A DNA stretch of 13,763 nt from Bacteroidia bacterium. Lineage in GTDB: Bacteria > Bacteroidota > Bacteroidia > JADZBD01. The position numbers and the translations under genes are program-made. The notes under the pieces were generated by a model. It worked only from the letters and a program-made list of their open reading frames with translations, was not told where the DNA came from and did no database searches. The DNA is taken from positions 1 through 13,763 of the forward strand of contig DATDFI010000521.1 in the NCBI GenBank assembly GCA_036522695.1. Direction: 5' to 3'. Positions 6,795 to 13,763 of the stretch are shown here, piece after piece; positions within the stretch are counted from its first letter, which is position 1; the number at the start of each line of letters is the position of its first letter.

Positions 6795-9233
6795 ATGACC
6801 AGGATCTTTGCCCTTCATTTCGTTTTCCTGTTGGCGTTACCTGCTTTTCCGCAGGTAGGCGGCCATCTTGTTGAAGGTAACGTTAAGGACGCAAAAAATA
6901 CTCCTCTTGAATTCGTGAATGTGCTTTTGCTCAAAGCAAGCGACAGCAGCCTGGTGAAAGCCTCGGTAACGGATGAAAAAGGGGATTTTGTTTTTGAGAA
7001 CGTAGCTGATGGCGAGTACCGGTTGAAATTCTCGCAAGCCGGTTTTAGCGATTCGATGACCGAAAGATTCAGCGCTGCATCGCAGAAACATTTTGACCTT
7101 ATATTAAAGGATGATCCGAAAGTGCTGGACGAGGTAGAGGTAAATGCCCAGCGGCCACTCATCGAGCATAAGCCCGGAAAAACGATCGTGAATGTGGAGA
7201 ACAGCATTATCGGCTCAGGCGGAACAGTGTATGATGTACTGAAGCGTTCGCCAGGTGTTATAATTGACAACAATGGCAACATCACCTTTAAAGGTAAATC
7301 GGGGGTACTGGTGATGATAGATGGAAAACTTACTTACCTGAGCGGGGAACAACTGACCAACCTGCTGAAAAGCATGCCTGCCGACCAGGCCTACCAGGTG
7401 GAGCTCATGAGCAAGCCGCCTTCCAAATATGACGCATCAGGCAATTCCGGCATCATCAATATCAAGCTGAAAAAATCAAAGTACCTGGGGTTTAACGGAA
7501 CAACATTTACCACTTACAGCCAGGGCTTTTATGCGAAGGAGAATGTGGGACTGAACCTGAATTACCGGACCGAAAAAGTGAATGTGTTCGGAAATGGCTT
7601 TTTCGCGCATCGCAAATCATTCGAGAGGCTCGACATCGTACGGAAGTTCCGCGACAGCACCGGGGACCTCAGCTCCATTTTCACCCAGTATTCAAGGATG
7701 CAGAGCGAGGCTGATGCGTTCACCTTTAAAGGAGGGATGGATTATTTTATTTCGAAAAAGCAAACATTAGGATTGCAGGTGAACGGCAACAACAGTAGCC
7801 ATAACTCCCGTCATACCTTCAACTCCACCAGTATCACCAATGGTGACAATGAACCGCTCTCGAGTGCCGACACCCGCTCTGCCCTGCAGCAAGCCCCCTC
7901 GAACCTCGCTTTGAACCTGAACTATAAACTCGACCTCGACACGTTGGGCGGGTTCTTCACGGCAGACCTCGATTATGCCCGTTTCGGTTTCGGTTCAGAT
8001 CTTCAAACCAGCACGAATAGTTATGACAGCGCGGGAGCATCCCTTGGCCTTCCTTACCAATTACACAGCATTGTTCCTTTATCCGTAGATATACGCTCGG
8101 GCAAATTCGACCTGTCAAAACCCATGGGAAAGACCATCAAGTTCGAATGTGGCGCCAAGAGCAGCCTGGTAACTACCGACAATGATGTACGTTATTTTAA
8201 TGTGAACAATGGAGTGGAGACCATTGACAGTACAAAGACCAATCACTTCACCTACAGCGAAAACATCAATGCGCTGTATGCCGACATTTCCAAAGAATGG
8301 AAAAAATTCAGTTTCGAGCTGGGCCTGCGCGGAGAACAAACGCTCGCCAAGGGCCACCAGGTGATCAACGATTCGGATTTTACTAAAAATTACTTCAAGC
8401 TGTTTCCCACGATGTTCCTTTCCTACAAGATCAACAAGAAAAATCAACTGGACCTGTCGGTAAACCGAAGGATCGATCGGCCTGATTATAATGACCTCAA
8501 TCCATTCAAAGATTTCCTTGATCCCTACACATACATGGAAGGAAACCCTTTCCTTAAACCGCAATTCACCAACTCGGCCGAATTATCCTACACCTTCATG
8601 GAAGCTTTTAGCGCTACAGTAACTTACAGCAGGACCACGGATATAATCATGGAAGTGGTGAAGCAGGTAGACAGCACACGCACCAGCTACGCCACCAAGG
8701 ACAACCTGGACGTATTCGAAAACTATGACCTGGAGCTGGAGATCCCGGTACCTATAACCAAGTGGTGGGTAAGCGAAAATTATTTCAGCCTGATGTACAA
8801 CGCGTATAAAGGAAATTTCCAGGGGGCCGAGCTCAACAAGAGTTCCACGAGCTGGATCTTCAATTCACAAAATGAGTTCAATTTCAAGAAGGGATGGTCA
8901 GGCGAAATGAGCTTTGAATATGTTTCCCCCATGGTCTACGGTATTTCCAGGATCGCCCGCCAATACGACCTTACAATAGGCATTCAAAAAAAATTCTACC
9001 ACGATCGCTTCAAAATAAAGGTCAGCTGCGAGGATCTCATCCATAACCCCGGTGATATCATTACGGTAAATTACCAGAACATGGATATATACGTTAAGAG
9101 CCGGGATGAGTATCGGATCACGAGGCTCACTTTTATTTGGAATTTCGGCAAAACCACTGTGAAATATTCCCGTCAACATCACTCGGGTGCCCAGGACGAA
9201 CTGGATCGTGTAAAGATGGGCGGAAAGAAATGA
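6795..9233 (+). CDS. Outer membrane beta-barrel family protein with an N-terminal carboxypeptidase-regulatory-like (CarbopepD_reg) domain and a TonB-dependent-receptor plug domain. It is a TonB-dependent receptor-like transporter.
   Basis: An 812-aa ORF with signal peptide MTRIFALHFVFLLALPAFPQ. The CarbopepD_reg-like segment is GNVKDAKNTPLEFVNVLLLKASDSSLVKASVTDEKGDFVFENVADGEYRLKFSQAGF. The plug-like segment is LDEVEVNAQRP...TIVNVENSIIGSGGTVYDVLKRSPGVIIDNNGNITFKGKSGVLVMIDGK...YQVELMSKPPSKYDASGNSGIINIKLKK. After these comes a long stretch of alternating-hydrophobicity beta-strand sequence rich in Y/F/N/G. The overall size and architecture are typical of the Bacteroidota beta-barrel family. Confidence 0.82.
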   Translation: MTRIFALHFVFLLALPAFPQVGGHLVEGNVKDAKNTPLEFVNVLLLKASDSSLVKASVTDEKGDFVFENVADGEYRLKFSQAGFSDSMTERFSAASQKHFDLILKDDPKVLDEVEVNAQRPLIEHKPGKTIVNVENSIIGSGGTVYDVLKRSPGVIIDNNGNITFKGKSGVLVMIDGKLTYLSGEQLTNLLKSMPADQAYQVELMSKPPSKYDASGNSGIINIKLKKSKYLGFNGTTFTTYSQGFYAKENVGLNLNYRTEKVNVFGNGFFAHRKSFERLDIVRKFRDSTGDLSSIFTQYSRMQSEADAFTFKGGMDYFISKKQTLGLQVNGNNSSHNSRHTFNSTSITNGDNEPLSSADTRSALQQAPSNLALNLNYKLDLDTLGGFFTADLDYARFGFGSDLQTSTNSYDSAGASLGLPYQLHSIVPLSVDIRSGKFDLSKPMGKTIKFECGAKSSLVTTDNDVRYFNVNNGVETIDSTKTNHFTYSENINALYADISKEWKKFSFELGLRGEQTLAKGHQVINDSDFTKNYFKLFPTMFLSYKINKKNQLDLSVNRRIDRPDYNDLNPFKDFLDPYTYMEGNPFLKPQFTNSAELSYTFMEAFSATVTYSRTTDIIMEVVKQVDSTRTSYATKDNLDVFENYDLELEIPVPITKWWVSENYFSLMYNAYKGNFQGAELNKSSTSWIFNSQNEFNFKKGWSGEMSFEYVSPMVYGISRIARQYDLTIGIQKKFYHDRFKIKVSCEDLIHNPGDIITVNYQNMDIYVKSRDEYRITRLTFIWNFGKTTVKYSRQHHSGAQDELDRVKMGGKK

Positions 9234-9420
9234 CCCGGCCTGCCCGGGCCAAAAAAGAGCTTCACCCTGTAACCAATCCCCGGGTCATGCGTTAAACCCA
9301 TCACATAAATTTCCTCCCATAGAAAGAACATCTACCCGTTCTGTGAATGAAAAATGCTTCCGTTAAGAAGCAAGGCCGCTCGAAGGACCATCCCTTTTCT
9401 TGATTTTATTTGGTTAATGC

Positions 9421-10305
9421 TTGTGGAATTTCGCCATGCGCGGAGTCTTAATATCAGAAGCAAGAGAAACTTCTGAAGCATCCCTCAAAAACCAATTAAA
9501 ATTTTCAGTCATGGGTATTTTCCAAAACAGCAAGGGCCGATTCACCGAGTTGCTCTTTGAAAACAGGAATAAGAATTACGGGGCTTATGCCATCCGTAAA
9601 ACTTATGACAAACGAATTATCTTTTCCATGGCAATGACCCTTGGAATTTTTACACTGGCGGTATTCGGTTCCAGCCTGGTGGATAAAAAAGAAGATCCTG
9701 TTTATTCGAAACCCAATACTAAGGTTACGATCATAACGGATATTCATCTCCCGGATAAAAAAGACCCGATCCAGCCCAAGGTTAAACCTCCTGTAGCTCG
9801 CCCTCCGAAAGGGAATGTGAGCAGCGTGATACAGGCAGTGGACACCAATAAGCTGGTGGAGCAGGACACGACCAAGCACCAGTTCGTTCTCGGTGATCCG
9901 CATGGCGATACCGGCAAGGTAAAAGATCCCATCATTGCAATGGGCGGTGGTCACGATTCGATCCCGATGATCCAGCAACCCGAAAAGCCGCTGGACATCG
10001 CTGACGTGAACCCGGAATTTCCAGGTGGATTAAAAGCGCTGTATGAATTTTTGAGGAAGAATATCAAGTACCCTGAAATTGCGCTCGAGAACAAGATCGG
10101 GGGAACGGTGTACCTCAGTTTTGTGGTAGGGTCCGATGGAACGGTGAAAGATATCAGCAGCCTCACGGCTCCTCACCAAAGCCTGGCCAATGAAGCCATT
10201 CGCGTTGCAGGACTGATGCCGAAATGGAAACCCGGCCGCATGGGCGACCATCCAGTGGCCGTAAAATTCGGGATACCGGTAAAATTCACTACAGCGGAGA
10301 AATAG
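9421..10305 (+). CDS. tonB: Energy transducer TonB (Bacteroidota type)
   Basis: The track ORF starts at TTG 9421. The probable true start is ATG 9511 (MGIFQNSKGRFTELLFENRNKNYGAYAIRKTYDKRIIFSMAMTLGIFTLAVFG). It carries the conserved Bacteroidota TonB N-terminal motif (NRNK.YGAY) followed by a TM helix. A Pro/Lys-rich spacer follows (PIQPKVKPPVARPPKG). The C-terminal domain is a TonB C-terminal domain, PEFPGGLKALYEFLRKNIKYPEIALENKIGGTVYLSFVVGSDGTVKDI...GIPVKF. Confidence 0.85.
   Translation: MWNFAMRGVLISEARETSEASLKNQLKFSVMGIFQNSKGRFTELLFENRNKNYGAYAIRKTYDKRIIFSMAMTLGIFTLAVFGSSLVDKKEDPVYSKPNTKVTIITDIHLPDKKDPIQPKVKPPVARPPKGNVSSVIQAVDTNKLVEQDTTKHQFVLGDPHGDTGKVKDPIIAMGGGHDSIPMIQQPEKPLDIADVNPEFPGGLKALYEFLRKNIKYPEIALENKIGGTVYLSFVVGSDGTVKDISSLTAPHQSLANEAIRVAGLMPKWKPGRMGDHPVAVKFGIPVKFTTAEK
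9454..9476 (+). other. Hairpin in the probable 5' leader of tonB
   Basis: TCAGAAG (9454-9460) pairs with CTTCTGA (9470-9476) around a 9-nt loop. It lies 35 nt upstream of ATG 9511. Confidence 0.3.
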
Positions 10306-10327
10306 GGCAATTTCTCTCTCTGTAAAC

Positions 10328-10366
10328 TAACAACCGGCTGTTTAAAAGTCGGTTGTTTGCTTTTTA
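10328..10366 (+). terminator. Probable rho-independent terminator between tonB and exbB
   Basis: AACAACCGGC ... GTCGGTTGTT is an imperfect inverted repeat, 9 of 10 positions, with a 13-nt loop. It is followed by TTGCTTTTTAT on the plus strand and lies 23 nt after the tonB stop. Confidence 0.5.
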
Positions 10367-10426
10367 TACCCCCCTGTGCATTGGGTAACTTTGAGAGATT
10401 TAAATTTTTTCTAAAACAGAGATCAC

Positions 10427-11167
10427 ATGTTGAATTTCATTTTGCTGCAGATACAAGGCGTTACTGGCGCAACCGGTGCGATGGATACCGTGAAAAAAGT
10501 GGTGACCAGCTCACCCTCACCCACGCTGCCCGATGTGCCGAAAGAACAGGCGCTCTCTTTGTTCGAACTGCTGATGAAGGGCGGATGGGTGATGATCCCC
10601 ATCGCGCTGTTGCTGCTCATCGCACTTTATGTTTTTTTCGAGCGCCTCATCACCATTTTACGCAGCGGGCGGTCCGATAAAAATTTCATGAATAACATCC
10701 GCGATTTTCTCACCAGCGGCAACATTGATGCCGCTAAGGCATTTTGCCGAAGCCATGATAGTCCGCAGGCGCGCGTAGTGGAAAAAGGGATCTCGCGTAT
10801 TGGCAAACCCATCAAGGAAATTGAAGAAGCGATGGAAGATGTGGGACGGCTGGAAGTTTATCGCCTCGAAAAAAATCTCAGCACGCTCAGTATCGTAGGA
10901 AAAATTGCTCCCATGCTCGGGTTCATCGGCACCATCATCGGGGTGATCAATATTTTTTATAAGATCTCGCTCGTGAACCAGGTGCACATTGATGTGATCT
11001 CGGGTGGCCTTTATCAAAAACTTGTTACGAGCGCTTCCGGTCTTACGATCGGCATTCTCGCCTTCATCGGCTATCATATCCTGAGTTCGATGGTTGATAA
11101 GATTGTGAACCGCGTGGAGACCACTTCGGTTGAGTTCATCGACCTGCTCAACCAACCTTCCAAATAA
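10427..11167 (+). CDS. exbB: MotA/TolQ/ExbB proton-channel family protein (ExbB)
   Basis: A 246-aa ORF with three TM segments in the typical ExbB pattern: GWVMIPIALLLLIALYVFFERL, LSIVGKIAPMLGFIGTIIGVINIF and GGLYQKLVTSASGLTIGILAFIGYHIL. A TAAATTTTTT sequence resembling a Bacteroidota -7 promoter box lies about 20 nt upstream. An alternative start is ATG 10481 (MDTVKK...). Confidence 0.88.
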   Translation: MLNFILLQIQGVTGATGAMDTVKKVVTSSPSPTLPDVPKEQALSLFELLMKGGWVMIPIALLLLIALYVFFERLITILRSGRSDKNFMNNIRDFLTSGNIDAAKAFCRSHDSPQARVVEKGISRIGKPIKEIEEAMEDVGRLEVYRLEKNLSTLSIVGKIAPMLGFIGTIIGVINIFYKISLVNQVHIDVISGGLYQKLVTSASGLTIGILAFIGYHILSSMVDKIVNRVETTSVEFIDLLNQPSK

Positions 11168-11173
11168 GCGCGC

Positions 11174-11578
11174 ATGAACCTGAGGAAACGACATCAAAAA
11201 GAAGGAGCGGAGGTTTTTACCGATTCGCTTAACGATATCATGTTCTTCATGATGTTGTTCTTTCTCATCATTTCAACGCTGGTGAATAATGCGGTGAATG
11301 TGAATTTGCCTTCTTCCAAGCCGAACACGAATGTTCCGCCTCAGCATCCTGTTACACTTTCCGTAACAAGTGATCACCTGTACTACCTTAACGAAAAACC
11401 TGTTGCATTGAATGACCTTGAACCCGCTATCCAAAATGCGGTGCAGCAAATGGAAAAGCCGGAATTGGAGTTACAGTTCGACAGCAAGCTTACCGTTCAG
11501 GACATCGTGGACATTTTGCAGATAGGAGCAAAGCTCAAAGTTAAAATGGTGATGGCCACCAAACCTACGGGCTCTTGA
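11174..11578 (+). CDS. exbD: Biopolymer transport protein ExbD/TolR
   Basis: A 134-aa ORF starting 6 nt after the exbB stop. The N-terminal pattern of basic residues, a short cytoplasmic segment, then a single TM (LNDIMFFMMLFFLIISTLV) followed by a periplasmic domain of about 90 aa is typical of ExbD. Confidence 0.88.
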   Translation: MNLRKRHQKEGAEVFTDSLNDIMFFMMLFFLIISTLVNNAVNVNLPSSKPNTNVPPQHPVTLSVTSDHLYYLNEKPVALNDLEPAIQNAVQQMEKPELELQFDSKLTVQDIVDILQIGAKLKVKMVMATKPTGS

Positions 11579-11672
11579 AATAAGGTACCCTTTTTGCTAA
11601 CTTTATGAAATAAGTTTCGTTTGAACATCTTACCAGGAAAGACACCCGATGTTCAATTAAAAACGAGACAAG

Positions 11673-12497
11673 ATGAATACGATGGCAATGGAAATTGAAA
11701 AGCAGAACCGGCTTTATGCTTCGATAAGCACAGGATTTATTTTCCTGTTGATGATGCTGGTGGTCTTCTTCATTAAATTCTATACCCCCATTCCACCCTT
11801 TCCCGAACAATCCGATGGCGCCCCGGGGCTCGAAGTGAACTTCGGGAACACCGATAACGGCTCGGGTGATAATTACTCCCACGATCTTGTAAAGAACGAT
11901 AACAACCAAAACGCTGATAATCCCGACCAGGGAAATACGAATAATAATCCTCCCGATAAAAACGTGATCACGGGCAATGATCCGGAGAACCATTATGTAA
12001 AATCAAATCCCAAGGACCATCCTAAATCAAACACACCTCCCGATCAGCAGCCCGATAAGGACCTGAAGAATGCCTTCAATAATTTTAACGACAAGAACAC
12101 CAGCGATGGTGATAAGGATAAACAGGGCAACCAGGGCGATCCCAATGGCGGTGATTCAAAAAATTACGATGGGAATTCTCCAACGGGCAGCGGTGGAACT
12201 GGCGATCACGGCAATGGCAACAGCAAAGGCCCAAAGGTCACATTAAAAGGCAGGACCAAACTTCATGATCCCGATAAGATCACCGATTTCTCTGAAGAAG
12301 GATTGATATATGTAGTGATCACCGTTGATAAAGATGGTAAGGTGATCGCTGCAGAAGTGGATCGTTCCAAATCCATCAACCCGAATTACGTGCTGTGCTC
12401 CAAAGCACGGCTTGCCGCGTTCGCAACCCGTTTTAATGCCAGTCCTGACGGACGGGATGCCAAGGGCTCCATCATTTTCCAATTCTCGCTGAAATAA
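11673..12497 (+). CDS. TonB-like protein with an atypical Asp/Asn/Gly/Pro/Lys-rich low-complexity spacer. It is probably the TonB partner of the exbBD operon.
   Basis: A 274-aa ORF with an N-terminal TM (LYASISTGFIFLLMMLVVFFIKFY). A low-complexity region of about 170 aa follows (NGSGDNYSHDLVKNDNNQNADNPDQGNTNNNPPDKN...GDHGNGNSKG). The C-terminal roughly 70 aa resemble a TonB C-terminal fold, GLIYVVITVDKDGKVIAAEVDRSKS...AKGSIIFQFSLK. Gene order exbB-exbD-X is the canonical position for tonB. Confidence 0.65.
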   Translation: MNTMAMEIEKQNRLYASISTGFIFLLMMLVVFFIKFYTPIPPFPEQSDGAPGLEVNFGNTDNGSGDNYSHDLVKNDNNQNADNPDQGNTNNNPPDKNVITGNDPENHYVKSNPKDHPKSNTPPDQQPDKDLKNAFNNFNDKNTSDGDKDKQGNQGDPNGGDSKNYDGNSPTGSGGTGDHGNGNSKGPKVTLKGRTKLHDPDKITDFSEEGLIYVVITVDKDGKVIAAEVDRSKSINPNYVLCSKARLAAFATRFNASPDGRDAKGSIIFQFSLK

Positions 12498-12518
12498 GAA
12501 TTCTATTTTTGTGCCGGC

Positions 12519-13763
12519 ATGATGAGCTACCGGCAAACATTAGACTATATGTACAGCATGCTGCCGATGTTTCACCGCATCGGCAGTGCTGCTTATAAGG
12601 CTGACCTCGACAATACCATCGCGATCTGTAAATTGCTGGGCAACCCGGAAAAAAAATTTCGTTCCATTCACGTAGCAGGCACCAATGGAAAAGGCTCCAG
12701 TTCGCATATGCTGGCCGCCATATTCCAAAGCGCGGGATATAAAACGGGCCTGTACACCTCCCCTCATCTCAAGGATTTTCGCGAGCGCATCCGCATCAAC
12801 GGGAAAATGATCCCGAAGCAAAAAGTGGTAAGCTTCATCGAAAAACATAAGGGCGATTTCGAAAAAATAAAACCTTCGTTTTTTGAAATGACGGTCGGGT
12901 TGGCCTTCGATCATTTTGCAAAAGAAAAAGTAGACATCGCGATCATAGAAGTAGGGCTTGGCGGAAGATTGGACTCCACCAACGTGATCACGCCCTTGCT
13001 TTCACTGATCACCAACATCAGTTACGACCACATGAATTTGCTTGGCGACTCACTGGAAAAAATAGCAGGAGAAAAAGCGGGCATCATTAAGCCCGGGATT
13101 CCTGTGGTCATTGCTCAAACACAAAAGAAGATCGCGAATGTCTTTATAAAAAAAGCAGCATCCCAAAGATCCCGCATCACCTTTGCGGATAAGGCCTACA
13201 AATTAAAAAATGCAAAACAGGTGCTTTCCGGAAGTAAGTTGTTCCTGCAGGCTGATGTTTATCGGAAAGGCTACCTGCATTTTAAAAATTTGCGGTGTGA
13301 GTTGGCGGGACTTTACCAGGCTAAAAATATTCCGGGCGTTTTGATGGCCTGCGGGCTTGCTTCAGGATCAGGGCTCATCTTAAAAGATGGATCCATCCGA
13401 AAAGGAATAGAAAACGTGAGTACGCTCACCGGTCTGCGTGGTCGCTGGGAAGTTTTACAGCATTCACCGCTGGTGGTAGCCGATACAGGACACAATGAAG
13501 CAGGAATAAAAGAAGTGTTGAAGCAAATAAAAGCGACCCCTCACCGCCAACTCCATTTTGTGCTGGGCATGGTGAACGACAAGGACATTTCGAAGATCCT
13601 TAAGCTGCTGCCGAAAAAAGCGAACTATTATTTCTGCAAAGCATCCATTCCCCGGGCGCTCGATGCACACGAGCTCGCTACGCGAGCCCACGCACATAAA
13701 TTAAATGGCAAAGTTTATCCTTCAGTAAAAAAAGCCCTGCTCGCAGCGAAAAAAAATGCTGGT
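12519..13763 (+). CDS. folC: Bifunctional folylpolyglutamate synthase / dihydrofolate synthase (FolC). The 3' end runs beyond the window.
   Basis: The ORF is open from ATG 12519 to the window end (MMSYRQTLDYMYSMLPMFHRIGSAAYK...). It has the Mur-ligase/FolC P-loop HVAGTNGKGSSSHMLAAI, then TSPHL and EVGLGGRLDSTNV, and the C-terminal domain motif VVADTGHNEAG. It is absent from the track because there is no stop in the window. The minus-strand ORFs listed at 12540-12914, 13313-13495 and 13464-13697 are antisense shadows. Confidence 0.88.
   Translation, partial: MMSYRQTLDYMYSMLPMFHRIGSAAYKADLDNTIAICKLLGNPEKKFRSIHVAGTNGKGSSSHMLAAIFQSAGYKTGLYTSPHLKDFRERIRINGKMIPKQKVVSFIEKHKGDFEKIKPSFFEMTVGLAFDHFAKEKVDIAIIEVGLGGRLDSTNVITPLLSLITNISYDHMNLLGDSLEKIAGEKAGIIKPGIPVVIAQTQKKIANVFIKKAASQRSRITFADKAYKLKNAKQVLSGSKLFLQADVYRKGYLHFKNLRCELAGLYQAKNIPGVLMACGLASGSGLILKDGSIRKGIENVSTLTGLRGRWEVLQHSPLVVADTGHNEAGIKEVLKQIKATPHRQLHFVLGMVNDKDISKILKLLPKKANYYFCKASIPRALDAHELATRAHAHKLNGKVYPSVKKALLAAKKNAG

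Noticed and set aside
6815-9182. Minus-strand ORFs inside the beta-barrel gene (6815-7285, 6837-7091, 8115-8564, 8898-9182) and plus-strand ORF 7582-7770
   Set aside because: They overlap a strongly supported 812-aa gene in other frames or on the other strand. They have no domain features.
9236-9262. GC-rich palindromic stretch CCCGGCCTGCCCGGGCC after the beta-barrel gene stop
   Set aside because: It is followed by an A-run and not a T-run on the coding strand. It does not form a convincing intrinsic terminator for the plus-strand gene.
9505-11197. Minus-strand ORFs antisense to tonB and exbB (9505-9978, 9744-9935, 9951-10166, 10030-10251, 10423-10620, 10627-10815, 10658-11197) and plus-strand ORF 10357-10680
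   Set aside because: They are shadow ORFs of confidently assigned TonB and ExbB genes.
11579-11672. Possible weak terminator (AAGGTACCCTTTTTG) between exbD and the tonB-like gene
   Set aside because: It has only a 4-bp stem. This is insufficient to call a terminator. The genes are probably co-transcribed.
11565-12914. Minus-strand ORFs 11565-11993, 12243-12536 and 12540-12914
   Set aside because: The first two are antisense to the tonB-like gene. The 12540-12914 ORF is antisense to the 5' part of folC, whose plus-strand frame is open to the window end with a clear FolC P-loop.
1-13763. Mobile elements, CRISPR arrays and tRNA/rRNA genes
   Set aside because: I saw no transposase or integrase-like ORFs. 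I saw no regularly spaced direct repeats. Intergenic regions show no tRNA-like T-loop (GTTCGAATC-type) motifs.

Overview
The window reads as an ordinary chromosomal segment of a Bacteroidota genome, possibly Chitinophagaceae-like, about 45-50% GC, with no Shine-Dalgarno dependence and one GTG/TTG-type start. It holds 12 protein-coding genes. I found no rRNA, tRNA, CRISPR array or clear mobile element. Gene content from left to right is as follows. (1) A large periplasmic PD40/TolB-like beta-propeller repeat protein on the minus strand. It runs off the left edge and has no in-frame ATG near its signal peptide, so a GTG start is likely. (2) An MBL-fold metallo-hydrolase. (3) A low-GC orphan hypothetical protein with an N-terminal signal/TM segment and a C-terminal hydrophobic tail. 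(4) A tightly coupled small DUF1653-like protein. (5) A convergent lipoprotein gene. (6) A flotillin/SPFH (band 7) protein with a characteristic Glu-Ala repeat tail, followed by a clean rho-independent terminator. (7) A roughly 330-bp structured intergenic region containing inverted and direct repeats. (8) An approximately 812-aa outer-membrane beta-barrel family protein, with a CarbopepD_reg domain plus a TonB-dependent receptor plug domain. (9) An energy-transduction cluster of tonB, a terminator, exbB, exbD and a second atypical tonB-like gene. (10) The 5' part of folC, running off the right edge. Several ORFs in the supplied track are antisense shadows of these genes. I see no strong evidence of a novel defence or mobile system. 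The items most worth follow-up are the low-GC orphan gene, the repeat-structured divergent promoter region, and the dual-TonB arrangement around exbBD next to the plug-containing beta-barrel.
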